The translations under genes and the position numbers were made by a program. Shown piece by piece: positions 44,766 through 54,470 of a DNA stretch of 64,000 nucleotides. Source of the stretch: Parcubacteria group bacterium Gr01-1014_30 (GTDB lineage: Bacteria > Patescibacteriota > Minisyncoccia > Minisyncoccales > 2-12-FULL-40-12); NCBI GenBank assembly GCA_007376185.1, contig VMFS01000002.1:2198-66197 (forward strand), written 5' to 3'. The notes under the pieces were generated by a model. That model searched no databases and was not told the origin of the DNA. It was given only the letters and a program-made list of their open reading frames with translations. Positions within the stretch are counted from its first letter, which is position 1, and each line of letters begins with the position of its first letter.

Positions 44766-46104
44766 TGTTAATTGTTAACTGTTGAATTAATTTATCTGGT
44801 ACTCTGCCTTCCAAAAGCACGGTGTCTCCCTCTCGGCAAAACGATTTTATTTTAGCAAAAATCTCATCGGCTCGCTCAAGGAGCTCGGCTTTTTCTCCTG
44901 CCGTTTCTCTTATTTCATCAAACCTATCATTTGTCGTAATTATCGCCAAGTCGCAAACTTGGGTGATTTTTTGCCCGACTCGTCTATGAATTTCGGCGGA
45001 GGCAGAACCTAGTTCAATTAAGCAAGGCATCACAATAACAAGCTTGCCCTGAGCTTGTCGAAGGGTTTTCAAATACTCCAGGTGCGCAAGAACGCCCGTG
45101 GGGTTGGCCGAGTAAGAAGCGTCAATAACGGTTATTCTCAAGGAGCTTGTTTTTATATTGATTCCCGGAAGTTTGTTAGGAATTTTTCCTGCAGCCTTGG
45201 CTATTTCCTTATCAGTCATTCCAAGTTCTTTAGCAACCGTCATAGCCCCTAACAAGTTTTCCTCGCTAAAATTTTTCGCTTCCTCGCCATATAGAAATTT
45301 CTTAATCGTGGTTGCTTCATACAGAGTGCGGCAGTGTTCGTTCTTGGCATTGAAAAATGCCATGCCGTCTTCTGGCAGAGAGTCAATCAATTCTTTGCCA
45401 CCTTCCGAGGAAAGCAGATTTTCCATTGAACCGAAGGTTGACAAGTGTTGTTCATTTACACCTGTCACTACTCCTATTTTCGGCCTGACAATATCGGCTA
45501 AAAGTTTAATTCCTCCTTTTTTATAAGCTCCCATCTCGCAAATGAAAATCTCGTGCTTTTGCTTCAAGTCATTCAAAATACACAGAGAAACTCCTATTTC
45601 CGAGTTTTGATGTTCTTTTGTTTTTAGAACTTTCTCGGAGCTGAATTTTTCTCCCAAGATTGTGGCTAAAAATTCTTTTGTTGAGGTTTTGCCAAAAGAC
45701 CCCGTAATTCCGATTGTCAATAAACTTTTCATTTCGCTTCTCTTTTTTGCCGCTTCTGCAATGACAAAACTTCGCCAAATCGCGGTTATCACTTGGGCAC
45801 AAAAGACCAATAGAGGCAGCAAAACTAAAGTCAGGATAATAACTGAAAAAAGACCAAACGAAAAAAGCAAAAAAAATTCCAAAATCAAACAAGCGGCTAA
45901 AATGGCGCTGGCTTTGAAAGTGAACTTAGGATATCTTAATCGCCACAAGGACGAGAGGATTTTTTTAAATGCTTGTGTTTCAAAATGAGCTCTAAATCTG
46001 CCCCAATGGTACTCCTTCAACTGCCAGAGCCAAAGCCAAAACAGCAGGAGTTTTAGAAAAACAAAAAACCAGAGGAAATACGCCAAAATCATAACACGAA
46101 TCAT
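44752..46104 (-). CDS. murF: Mur ligase (MurF-like) with an N-terminal 3-4 TM domain replacing the usual N-terminal domain
   Basis: ITGSFGKTSTKE P-loop, ICEMGA and NAKNEH. The first ~125 aa are hydrophobic helices. Confidence 0.65.
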   Translation of the reverse strand: MIRVMILAYFLWFFVFLKLLLFWLWLWQLKEYHWGRFRAHFETQAFKKILSSLWRLRYPKFTFKASAILAACLILEFFLLFSFGLFSVIILTLVLLPLLVFCAQVITAIWRSFVIAEAAKKRSEMKSLLTIGITGSFGKTSTKEFLATILGEKFSSEKVLKTKEHQNSEIGVSLCILNDLKQKHEIFICEMGAYKKGGIKLLADIVRPKIGVVTGVNEQHLSTFGSMENLLSSEGGKELIDSLPEDGMAFFNAKNEHCRTLYEATTIKKFLYGEEAKNFSEENLLGAMTVAKELGMTDKEIAKAAGKIPNKLPGINIKTSSLRITVIDASYSANPTGVLAHLEYLKTLRQAQGKLVIVMPCLIELGSASAEIHRRVGQKITQVCDLAIITTNDRFDEIRETAGEKAELLERADEIFAKIKSFCREGDTVLLEGRVPDKLIQQLTINNESV

Positions 46105-46838
46105 AACACGCTTTCCAAAATTGTTCTTACAAACAGTTCAGGAGCTTCTTCTCTTGGAATGTGGCCGATACCCTCAAGAACTTTGAGTTCTGCGCCCGGA
46201 ATTTTTGCTTTCACAAAATGAGCGAACTTGAAAGGGGTAACGTTGTCCTTATCGCCCCAAATTAACACCGTGGGTACAGAAACACTGGAGAGCTGATTTG
46301 AAAAGTCCTGCTTGACAACTTTCAGATAAGTTTCTCTCATTGGCCCCTTTGTACCAGGATAGTCGCTTTTGACAAAGAATCTATAAAAAGCTCGTCTGAT
46401 CTCAGAATGAAACGGCAAAAAAGGAAATTTGTTAAACGCTTTGGCCATTTTCGCCATAAATTCTTTTTTCCAGTCGTTTACTCTAATTATGGCAGGAGCT
46501 ACAAGCAATAGCTTCTTGACGTCTCCGGGAAACATCAATGAGTACTTTAGCGCAATTGAGCCGCCAAAAGAATGTCCCATCAAAAAAAATTGAGGTCGCT
46601 GAGGCTTTGCCTCCTCTCCCGCCTCACCCTTCGGCGAAAGATTATTCTCTTTGCAGTACTTTTTTACCCAGTTGGCGTAATCCTCAACCGCCCAAGTTTC
46701 TTCCAAAGGTGGGCTTTGACCAAAACCAGGCAAATCCGGTAAAAAAACTTTGAGACCTTCTATTTCCAGCATTTCTTTAATCTTGCCCCAGTTTTTGGCA
46801 GAGGACCCCCAGCCGTGAAGAATCAAAATGTCCTTCAT
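46101..46838 (-). CDS. alpha/beta hydrolase
   Basis: ILHGWGSS and the GHSFGG nucleophile elbow. C-terminal GHIP. Confidence 0.75.
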   Translation of the reverse strand: MKDILILHGWGSSAKNWGKIKEMLEIEGLKVFLPDLPGFGQSPPLEETWAVEDYANWVKKYCKENNLSPKGEAGEEAKPQRPQFFLMGHSFGGSIALKYSLMFPGDVKKLLLVAPAIIRVNDWKKEFMAKMAKAFNKFPFLPFHSEIRRAFYRFFVKSDYPGTKGPMRETYLKVVKQDFSNQLSSVSVPTVLIWGDKDNVTPFKFAHFVKAKIPGAELKVLEGIGHIPREEAPELFVRTILESVL

Positions 46839-48067
46839 CTTAAAGTTGTCTTTTTGAACTTTGTATATTTCTGTAAAACCGGAGGTATCGAAACACTGCC
46901 ATCTCTTTGTTGAAGGTTTTCAATAAGCATAATCAATGTTCTGCCAATGGCAAAAGCAGTGCCGTTTAACGTGTGCACAAAATTTAATTTGCCCGATTTA
47001 TCCTTATAACGAATATTCAGTCGCCTTGCTTGAAAATCGGTGCAGTTTGATGCCGAGTGCGTTTCTCTGTAGCGGTTTTCGGAAGGCAGCCAGGCCTCAA
47101 TGTCGTACTTTTGGGCTGCTGGCCTGCCAAGCTCGGCCGTGCACATTTCAACCACCTGATAAGGAATCTTCAAGGGCTTCATGAGTTTTTCTTGAATTTT
47201 TAGTAAAAACCGGTGCTCCTTTCTTGAATCCTCTGGCTTGCAAAAAGAAACCATTTCCACTTTATCAAACTGGTGAACTCTGAATATGCCTTTGGTGTCT
47301 TTGCCGTAAGAACCGGCTTCCCTTCTGAAGCAAGTGGAAAAACCAACATATCTCATCGGCAGCTTTTTTTCTTCTAAAATATCGTCCTCATGCATGGTTA
47401 TGATCGATTGTTCAGAGGTCCCGGCCAAAAATAAGTTATCTTTTGGCAGAAAGTAGGCTTCGTCGCGGTCCGTCGCCTCAAAGTACCCCGTACCCTGCGC
47501 GGCTTCCTCTTTTAGCATAACCGGAGGAATAACGGGAATGAACTTTTCCTTTAACAAAGTTTCAAACGCGAAGTTGACCAAAGCAAATTCCAAAAGGGCC
47601 GCCTCTCTTTTCAGAATGCCGAACCTTGACCCTGATATCTTGGCCGCTCTTTTAACGTCAATCAAATCCAATTCCTCGGCTACTTGTAAATAATCTTTCG
47701 GTTTGAAGGCGAATTTGGGCAGCTTGCCAACTTTTCTCAAAACAACGTTGTCTCTCTCATCCCTGCCCACGGGCACTTCGTCCAAAGGCATATTTGGAAC
47801 TTGAAGAATTAAAGAACTAAGCTCCTTTTCAGCTTTTTCCAGTTGCGGCTCCAACCCTTTAATTTCTGATTTTACTTTCTGAGCTCGTTCTATTTCTTCT
47901 CTGCTAAGTTTGTTTTGTTCGGCCCTCAAGGCCTCTATTTTCTGAAGTAATCCCCGCTTTTTTTTGTCCACCTCCAAAAACAGGTCAATGTCAACCTTAA
48001 CGCCCTTTTTTTGAGCGCCTTCTTTTACTTTTTGCGGATTTTGACGAATAAAATTAATGTCTAACAT
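46835..48067 (-). CDS. serS: seryl-tRNA synthetase
   Basis: MLDINFIRQNP start, FRREAGS, TAELG...YD(I)EAW and NGTAFA. The ORF extends to 48103 but the conserved N-terminus begins at 48067. Confidence 0.9.
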   Translation of the reverse strand: MLDINFIRQNPQKVKEGAQKKGVKVDIDLFLEVDKKKRGLLQKIEALRAEQNKLSREEIERAQKVKSEIKGLEPQLEKAEKELSSLILQVPNMPLDEVPVGRDERDNVVLRKVGKLPKFAFKPKDYLQVAEELDLIDVKRAAKISGSRFGILKREAALLEFALVNFAFETLLKEKFIPVIPPVMLKEEAAQGTGYFEATDRDEAYFLPKDNLFLAGTSEQSIITMHEDDILEEKKLPMRYVGFSTCFRREAGSYGKDTKGIFRVHQFDKVEMVSFCKPEDSRKEHRFLLKIQEKLMKPLKIPYQVVEMCTAELGRPAAQKYDIEAWLPSENRYRETHSASNCTDFQARRLNIRYKDKSGKLNFVHTLNGTAFAIGRTLIMLIENLQQRDGSVSIPPVLQKYTKFKKTTLR

Positions 48068-48243
48068 GTAAGGAAGCAAGCCGCATTCCCGTGAGGGGTG
48101 CACCTCGCAGCCCCGCCCGCTGAGAGTTTTGTATGACCACCTGTCCTTCTGAGGCGGGGCGAGAGATAGCAGCGCCAGTGAATATAGTTTGTACTACCAT
48201 CTTACGGCGACTGCGTGCTCCCCGAGGGGGATGCGGCGAGCGA
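48068..48243 (-). other. GC-rich structured spacer between lysS and serS (candidate cis-regulatory or small RNA)
   Basis: 176 nt, much more GC-rich than other spacers. GCCCCGCC/GGCGGGGC 8-bp pairing around a ~35-nt loop, a TCCCC-CTC-GGGGA hairpin, and the direct repeat AGTCGC(T)CGCCG twice. Confidence 0.3.
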
Positions 48244-49707
48244 CTACTTAGGTTTCATTGTTGGAAACAAAATCACTTCTCGCAAACTATGCGAATCGGT
48301 CAGCAAAGCCACTAATCTGTCAATTCCCATGCCAAAGCCGGCAGTCGGGGGCATACCGTATTCCAATGCTTCAACAAACTCCATATCCATTCTCTGGGCT
48401 TCTTTCAAACCCTTGCGATAAAGTTCTTCCTGTTCTTCAAATGCCTTTCTTTGTTGCACTGGGTCTGTTTGCTCAGAATACGCTTTTACCAGCTCCCATC
48501 CAGCAACAAGCAATTGAATGGTTTCAGCCTCTTTGGGATTCTCAACTCTCTGTTTTGCCAAAGGATACATTTCAGAAGAGTGATGAATCACAAAAGTCGG
48601 CTGCCACACTTTTGGACGGCAGTATTTTTTGTAAATTTCGTCAACTATTGCGCCTTTATTCCAATTGTCTTCAAGGTTCAATCCTAATTTTTTTGCTTCT
48701 TGAAATAGTGAATCGCGATTCAGCAACTCAATATCCAGCTTAGTGTATTTTTTTATTAACTTTGCGTACTCAACCCTTGGCCAAGGTCCTTTAAAGTCAA
48801 TTTCTCTGCCTTCATACTTTATTTTTGTTTTTCCAAAAATGCCTTTTAGCAAAACAGCAAACATTTTTTCCGTAAACTTCATCATATCTTTGTAATCAGC
48901 CCAGGCCCAGTAAAACTCAAGCTCGGTAAAGTCAGGGTTGTGCTGTCTATCCACTCCCTCGTTGCGGAAAACTCTACCGATTTCATACACTTTCTCAAAA
49001 CCGCCCACTATCAAACGCTTCAACGGCAACTCCAGTGATATGCGCAAGTACATATCCATATCAAAAGCGTTAATATGTGTTTTGAAGGGCTTTGCGTCGG
49101 CTCCGCCATAGATATTCTGCAAAACAGGTGTTTCCACTTCCAAGAAGCCATTTTTATCCAAAAACTCACGCAGTAACTTTATTATTTGGGCGCGCTTGGC
49201 AAACTTTTCTTTGACTTCACTGTTGAACAGCAAGTCAAGATAGCGCTTGCGAAACCTTTCCTCCTCGTCTTTCAGGCCGTGCCATTTTTCGGGCAGAGGC
49301 AGCAACGACTTTGCCAGCGGATTGAAATCTGAAACCTCAATGGTTTTTTCTCCCCTTTTGGTGGTAAACAAAACTCCTTTTACTTCAATAAAATCGCCTA
49401 TGTCAAAATTGTCCAAAAAAAATTTATACCCTCGCTCCCCTATTACGTTTTTTTTAAAAAACCCTTGGAGCCGACCTGAACCATCTTCAATATGCAAAAA
49501 CGTGGAACCACCATGCTCCCTTAAGGAACGAATGCGCCCCGCCAAAATCACTTGCTTCTTGGAACGTGCCAAAGAAGCGAAATTTTCAAGGACTTGGCTT
49601 ATCGTGTGAGTTCTTTTTGTGCTCGCGGGGTAAGCTGAAATGCCGGCTTTTTGTATTGCCTCCAGCTTTTTTAGGCGAATTTTCCTCAATTCATCTGTAT
49701 TTGCCAT
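48244..49707 (-). CDS. lysS: lysyl-tRNA synthetase (class II)
   Basis: FLHIEDGSGRLQ OB fold, FRNEGVDRQHNPDFT, and GMPPTAGFGMGIDRL. Confidence 0.9.
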   Translation of the reverse strand: MANTDELRKIRLKKLEAIQKAGISAYPASTKRTHTISQVLENFASLARSKKQVILAGRIRSLREHGGSTFLHIEDGSGRLQGFFKKNVIGERGYKFFLDNFDIGDFIEVKGVLFTTKRGEKTIEVSDFNPLAKSLLPLPEKWHGLKDEEERFRKRYLDLLFNSEVKEKFAKRAQIIKLLREFLDKNGFLEVETPVLQNIYGGADAKPFKTHINAFDMDMYLRISLELPLKRLIVGGFEKVYEIGRVFRNEGVDRQHNPDFTELEFYWAWADYKDMMKFTEKMFAVLLKGIFGKTKIKYEGREIDFKGPWPRVEYAKLIKKYTKLDIELLNRDSLFQEAKKLGLNLEDNWNKGAIVDEIYKKYCRPKVWQPTFVIHHSSEMYPLAKQRVENPKEAETIQLLVAGWELVKAYSEQTDPVQQRKAFEEQEELYRKGLKEAQRMDMEFVEALEYGMPPTAGFGMGIDRLVALLTDSHSLREVILFPTMKPK

Positions 49708-49754
49708 TATGATAAATAATAGCTCATTTGGCTTTGCAGGTCAAAATAATAAAA

Positions 49755-49775
49755 CCACACCAAAATTGGTGTGGG
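49755..49775 (-). terminator. rho-independent terminator
   Basis: CCACACCAA/TTGGTGTGG stem followed on the minus strand by TTTTATTATTTT. Confidence 0.75.
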
Positions 49776-49796
49776 GAAGCAAAAACCTTACGGCTA

Positions 49797-50561
49797 TTAT
49801 TTAATCTCGTATTTAATGACTACGCTGACTTTAATTTCTTGAGAACCTGGCTCAATGGCTGGGGGTTCTGCTGGCAGGGCTCCACCGAACGGCAAATCGG
49901 TGCTAAGCTCGCGCGCCGCAAAAGGCGTGAAAAAACTTTCGTTTATTGAAACGATTTTACCCAAACGCACTCCCGAGGAATCTGCGATTTCTGCTGCCTT
50001 TTTCTTTGCATTTTGTATAGCAAGGGAACGCGCCTGACTTTGCACCGCTTCCAAATCGTCTATGGTGAAATTAAGACCGGAAGCGGAGTTTGCTCCAGAG
50101 GCCACCACGCCAGAAAGCAATTCTCCTACAAGCGTCAAATCTCTCACTTTTACTCCAACTGAGTGAGCTACCGTGTAACCGACTATTTCACTAGGCGGAC
50201 AAATTCTTGCGTCCGAGGGACAAGGGAAAAATTGATAACGGGGGCTTATGTTGTATCCAACGGTTTTTATGTCTTCTTGTGAGACGCCTTTTTCTTTCAA
50301 AAATGAATTTACGCGGTTTGACTTAGCCGAGTTCTCTTCCTGCAATACAGGAAGATCGTCAACCACCTCGGTAATAACCGCATAGGTGAACTCAGCGATG
50401 TCCGGTATTGCGATAACTTCTCCTTCGGCTGACACGGTGAAGGTCCTTGCTGGCTCTTTTGCGTCCAAAAAAGCCGAAGCTAAGATGAACATGCTAAAAG
50501 CGAAAACCAGCGAGCTTGCCGCCAAAGAAAGCCCAATAATATTTTTTACGTTATCTTGCAT
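49797..50561 (-). CDS. SIMPL/DUF541-domain exported protein
   Basis: N-terminal anchor. Overall pattern (GYNISP, GLNFTIDD, EIKVSV) fits the 26-kDa periplasmic immunogenic protein family. Confidence 0.6.
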   Translation of the reverse strand: MQDNVKNIIGLSLAASSLVFAFSMFILASAFLDAKEPARTFTVSAEGEVIAIPDIAEFTYAVITEVVDDLPVLQEENSAKSNRVNSFLKEKGVSQEDIKTVGYNISPRYQFFPCPSDARICPPSEIVGYTVAHSVGVKVRDLTLVGELLSGVVASGANSASGLNFTIDDLEAVQSQARSLAIQNAKKKAAEIADSSGVRLGKIVSINESFFTPFAARELSTDLPFGGALPAEPPAIEPGSQEIKVSVVIKYEIK

Positions 50562-50619
50562 ACTTTAAGTATAACGTTTCCTGAAAAAGTTATCAAATTA
50601 GTCAAAAAGGGTGCAGTGG

Positions 50620-51429
50620 TTACATTTCAACTTTCGCCAATTTTCCTTTTTCTCTGGCTTTTTCAAACATAAAAACGAAAAACCAGCCCGCGAGCGCCAA
50701 GTAAACGACATTGAGCGCGAAAGCCCAAATTAAGTGCTCTGGCGATGCCTGCCCGCTGGACAAAACCTCGCGCATTCCTTCAAAGATGTGGGCTGTGGGT
50801 AAAAACTGAGCCACTTTTTGCAAGAAGTCAGGCAGAACAGAGACGGGGTAGAAAACAGCTGAAACGGGATATAGCAAAAAAATTAAACTCCACACAAAAG
50901 CTTGAATCCTCATTCCAAAACGGATGACCAAACCGTTGATTAAAATGCCCGAAGCCCAGCCGAAAAGAATTAAACTGATGAAAAAAGGCAAAAAGTAAGG
51001 CCCGAGAGAAAAAATGTTAAAAGAGTAAAACACAAAAGCAATTGTTGAGATGACAACAAGCGTCAAAATAATTTTTACAAGACCCAAAGCCATGGTGGCA
51101 AACATAAACTCCCATGGCGTTAGGGGTGAAGAAAAAAGATTTAATATGTTTCTTGACCAGACGTTTCGCAAGAGAGCAAAGCCAATATCCTGCTGAGCTC
51201 TCCAAACTATATTCCACAAAATCAGGCCGCCAAGAAGAAAAAGAACAATGCTCGATGCTTCTCCCTCGCGTCTTGTGAAATAAACTGTTATGAAACCCCA
51301 CAGAATAACATCAATAAACGGCCAAAAAAACGTTTCCACAAGGTCTTCCAAAGAATGCCTAAGATTATATAAACTCTGGAGTATCACTGCCTTAATTCTT
51401 GAGATTGACATATTACTTTCTACGGGCAA
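50620..51429 (-). CDS. ABC-2 type transporter permease
   Basis: 6 TM helices, directly downstream of the ATPase. Alternative start at 51411. Confidence 0.75.
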   Translation of the reverse strand: MPVESNMSISRIKAVILQSLYNLRHSLEDLVETFFWPFIDVILWGFITVYFTRREGEASSIVLFLLGGLILWNIVWRAQQDIGFALLRNVWSRNILNLFSSPLTPWEFMFATMALGLVKIILTLVVISTIAFVFYSFNIFSLGPYFLPFFISLILFGWASGILINGLVIRFGMRIQAFVWSLIFLLYPVSAVFYPVSVLPDFLQKVAQFLPTAHIFEGMREVLSSGQASPEHLIWAFALNVVYLALAGWFFVFMFEKAREKGKLAKVEM

Positions 51430-52156
51430 TTTTTAAGAATACTTCTTCCAAATCAGGTTCTTCAGCGGATGAGTCCTTAATTATTTTTGTTAAATTAAGA
51501 GGGGTGTCCGAAGCCACAATTTTGCCTTTGTGCAAAAATATGACTCTATCGCACATTTGAGTCACTTCTCGCATATTATGGGAAGTATAAAGCATAGAGA
51601 TGTTTCTTTCTTGCTTTATTTTGAGCAACAATTCTCTTGTTTTTTGAGCTATGTCGGGGTCCAAACTTGAGGTGGGTTCGTCCAAAAAGAGAACTTGAGG
51701 GTCGTTAATCAACGCCTTACACAGGTTGAGGCGCGTCGCTTCGCCAGAAGAAAGGTTGCCTGTATCTTCATTTTTTAAGCCACTTAATTCAAAGCTCTCC
51801 AGGAGGTTTTCAACTCTGGCGCGAGGGTTTGGGATATTGTATAGCTTGGCGAAAACATATAGGTTTTCTCGAGCAGTAATCCTGGCTGGCAAAGCAATGT
51901 AGGCAGAGGAAAAGTTGATTCGACTCAAAATTTTTTCTCTGTTTTGCTCCAAATCCATGCCAAAAATTCTGATTTTGCCGTTGGTCGGCTTAATAAGCCC
52001 CAATAGCATCATGATTGTCGTTGTCTTGCCTGCTCCGTTTGGCCCAAGAAAGCCCAAAATCTCGCCTTCAGCCATCTCAAAAGAAACATTATCTACCGCT
52101 CGGAACCCATCAAACTCCTTGGTCAAATTTTCAACTTCCAGAACCAAGTTTTTCAT
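51413..52156 (-). CDS. ABC transporter ATP-binding protein
   Basis: GPNGAGKTT (Walker A), LSSGEATR (signature) and LFLDEPTSSLD (Walker B). Confidence 0.9.
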   Translation of the reverse strand: MKNLVLEVENLTKEFDGFRAVDNVSFEMAEGEILGFLGPNGAGKTTTIMMLLGLIKPTNGKIRIFGMDLEQNREKILSRINFSSAYIALPARITARENLYVFAKLYNIPNPRARVENLLESFELSGLKNEDTGNLSSGEATRLNLCKALINDPQVLFLDEPTSSLDPDIAQKTRELLLKIKQERNISMLYTSHNMREVTQMCDRVIFLHKGKIVASDTPLNLTKIIKDSSAEEPDLEEVFLKIARRK

Positions 52157-52159
52157 AAA

Positions 52160-54124
52160 TTACTCCTGAGCAAAGTACCACTGCAGGACTTCTTTTGCTA
52201 CGGGTAAGGCGGCGGCTTGCACTCCTTTGACGTTTTCCAGCATTATGGTAATCACGATTTGCGGATCCTCATAAGGCGTGAAAACCGTAACCCAGTTGTT
52301 GAAATAATCGTTTCCCAGCTCTGCCGTGCCCGTTTTTGCGGCCGCGGAAACTGGCAAAGAGTTCAAGGCTACCGAGGAAGCCAAGGGCGAGTTCACCCCG
52401 GTTACGGCTTGCCGCATTCCTTGCCTGACTATTTCAAGATTTTCTGGCGAAATGAAATTCTCGCGAATGACTTGCGGCTCAAAACGTTCAAGAATATTTT
52501 TGTCGCGATCAACCACCTCTTTAACAACACGGGGTTGCATTAGTTTGCCGCCGTTGGCAATTGACGCAAATGCTGAAACCACCTCCAAAGGCGTAATCTG
52601 CAAATACTGCTGGCCGATTGACAAAAAGTAAGTGTCGCCGTCCCACCACCCCTCCCCTAAGGTCGCTCTTTTCCACGCGGGGTCGGGAACGAAACCTTGG
52701 GCTTCGCCGGGAAGGTCAATTCCCGTTTTTTCACTCCATCCGAAAAGGTTCAAATACTCTTTTATTTTTGTGGGGCCCAAGCCCTTTTGGTCTCCAAACC
52801 CCCCGCCAACCGTATAAAAATAAACGTTTGAGGATTGAGCTATGGCCTTTCTCATATCCACCCAGCCGTGAACCGCGTGGTCGCGCAAAGTATATACAAT
52901 TTCGGGGTTATAGCGATGGGGAATCTCAATGGCTCCCGAGCTGTAAATCTGCTTTTGCGGGCTTATTATTTGCTCTTGTAAAGCGGCTGAAGCAATAAAT
53001 GGCTTTATCGTGGATCCGGTCAAATATTTTCCCGAAATCACGCGGTTGAACAAGGGCTCACGCGGGTCCTGCAAAATAGCTGTTGCTTGCTCAGCTGACT
53101 GCTGGAATAAACTGGCATCAAAGTCAGGCAGAGAAACCATAGCTAATATTCCGCCTGTTTTCGGGTCAAGAGCCACACCCACTCCTGCTCGCGCCCCCAG
53201 ATCCCTAACTCTCTGGTCCAGCTCCTCTCTTAGCTTTTCTTGAAGTTCTGCGTCAAGCCACAAAACCAAACTGTTTCCGGGTTCGGGAAGAGAAGACACC
53301 TCTTGCGAAATTACGTTTCCCAAAGCATCCCTTTCAACGCGAATTTTTCCAGGATTCTTTCTTAACACGCTTTCATAAGAATGCTCAAGGCCTACCCTAC
53401 CCACCCAGTCGGAAATGGTATAAACATCCGGGGCCTTAGCAAACTCCTCTTTGTTTATTTTTCCCATATATCCGATCAGGTGCGAAAAAGCCCAAAAACC
53501 TCTGTAGTCTCTGACTGTGTTGTTTTGAATGCTGAAACCTTCCAGGTCGTCTATCTTGGCTTCCAAAACAATTAAAGTTTCAAGCGGAATGTTTCTGGCA
53601 ATTAAAACTTCCCCAAAAGCGCTTTCAGCCGCCAGCTGTTCCAATTCGCGCACGTCCTTTTGCAGGATGCCCGATACCTCGCCCAAGGCATCTTGAGATA
53701 ATTTTGTTTTATCCAAAATCAAATCAAAAGAAGGTTTATTCCAGACGAGTTGACGCCCCTTGCTGTCGTAAATTACCCCTCTTTGGGCGGCTATTTTTTG
53801 AAAAGTGAATTTATTTCTCTCTGAAAGCAAAGAGTATTCTTTTCCCTCAATGACTTGGAGCTGAAAACTTTTGAAAAACAGCGTCCCCAGTAAAATAGCG
53901 CCAACCAGCAAGAAGGCCTTCAGGACATTTCTTGAAAGCGGCGTCTCAAGTTTCATTTCGGGAATGCCCATTTGCTCTGCTTTCTTTTTTGCCAGAGAGT
54001 CCAAAAGAACCTCCTGGGGCTCAATATGCTCGGCAAACCTGGTTTTTACCTTTCTGCCGTTAAGCTCTTTTAAGAGATGGAATTCTAACATATTTTTTAA
54101 ATACGAAGTTGAGAAAAACAGCAA
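52160..54124 (-). CDS. mrdA: penicillin-binding protein 2 (elongation transpeptidase)
   Basis: STIKPF (SxxK), SSN and KTGTA. The start is ambiguous: 54124, 54091 or 53971. The longer forms overlap mreD. Confidence 0.85.
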   Translation of the reverse strand: MLFFSTSYLKNMLEFHLLKELNGRKVKTRFAEHIEPQEVLLDSLAKKKAEQMGIPEMKLETPLSRNVLKAFLLVGAILLGTLFFKSFQLQVIEGKEYSLLSERNKFTFQKIAAQRGVIYDSKGRQLVWNKPSFDLILDKTKLSQDALGEVSGILQKDVRELEQLAAESAFGEVLIARNIPLETLIVLEAKIDDLEGFSIQNNTVRDYRGFWAFSHLIGYMGKINKEEFAKAPDVYTISDWVGRVGLEHSYESVLRKNPGKIRVERDALGNVISQEVSSLPEPGNSLVLWLDAELQEKLREELDQRVRDLGARAGVGVALDPKTGGILAMVSLPDFDASLFQQSAEQATAILQDPREPLFNRVISGKYLTGSTIKPFIASAALQEQIISPQKQIYSSGAIEIPHRYNPEIVYTLRDHAVHGWVDMRKAIAQSSNVYFYTVGGGFGDQKGLGPTKIKEYLNLFGWSEKTGIDLPGEAQGFVPDPAWKRATLGEGWWDGDTYFLSIGQQYLQITPLEVVSAFASIANGGKLMQPRVVKEVVDRDKNILERFEPQVIRENFISPENLEIVRQGMRQAVTGVNSPLASSVALNSLPVSAAAKTGTAELGNDYFNNWVTVFTPYEDPQIVITIMLENVKGVQAAALPVAKEVLQWYFAQE

Positions 54125-54368
54125 TTGCCAGCAAAGTTAAGCTCCAAAAGCCGATAAAATTATTGGAAAAAATGTCAAGGAAAAGCCCGCCAATGACAGC
54201 CGCTCCAACTCCCAACTTAACGTCAGGATTAAAAATATTGAACAGGACAACCACAATCACAATGAGATTGGGCACATACCACCACAAACTAAAATGCACC
54301 AGAAAACTCGTCTGCAGCAAAGCGAAAATGTAAAATAGCAGAATTAAAATGAGAATATTTTTGACCAT
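54060..54368 (-). CDS. mreD: rod shape-determining protein MreD
   Basis: Small 4-5 TM protein between mreC and mrdA. Confidence 0.65.
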   Translation of the reverse strand: MVKNILILILLFYIFALLQTSFLVHFSLWWYVPNLIVIVVVLFNIFNPDVKLGVGAAVIGGLFLDIFSNNFIGFWSLTLLAIAVFLNFVFKKYVRIPSLKRA

Positions 54369-54470
54369 AAACGATCCCCCGAATAGCCGCTTTAAGATAG
54401 CGGGCTTTTGCCAAAATCTCCTCTCTTTCTTTTCGCGAATATCCGCGAAAAACTATGTCAAGTCGCGTGT

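Noticed and set aside
48133-48421. ORFs 48133..48315 and 48215..48421, and a firm T-box call for the serS leader
   Set aside because: The ORFs lack SD sites and overlap lysS or the structured spacer. For a T-box I could find only a partial GGTGG core, with no specifier loop, AG bulge or terminator/antiterminator pair, so it stays a low-confidence hypothesis.
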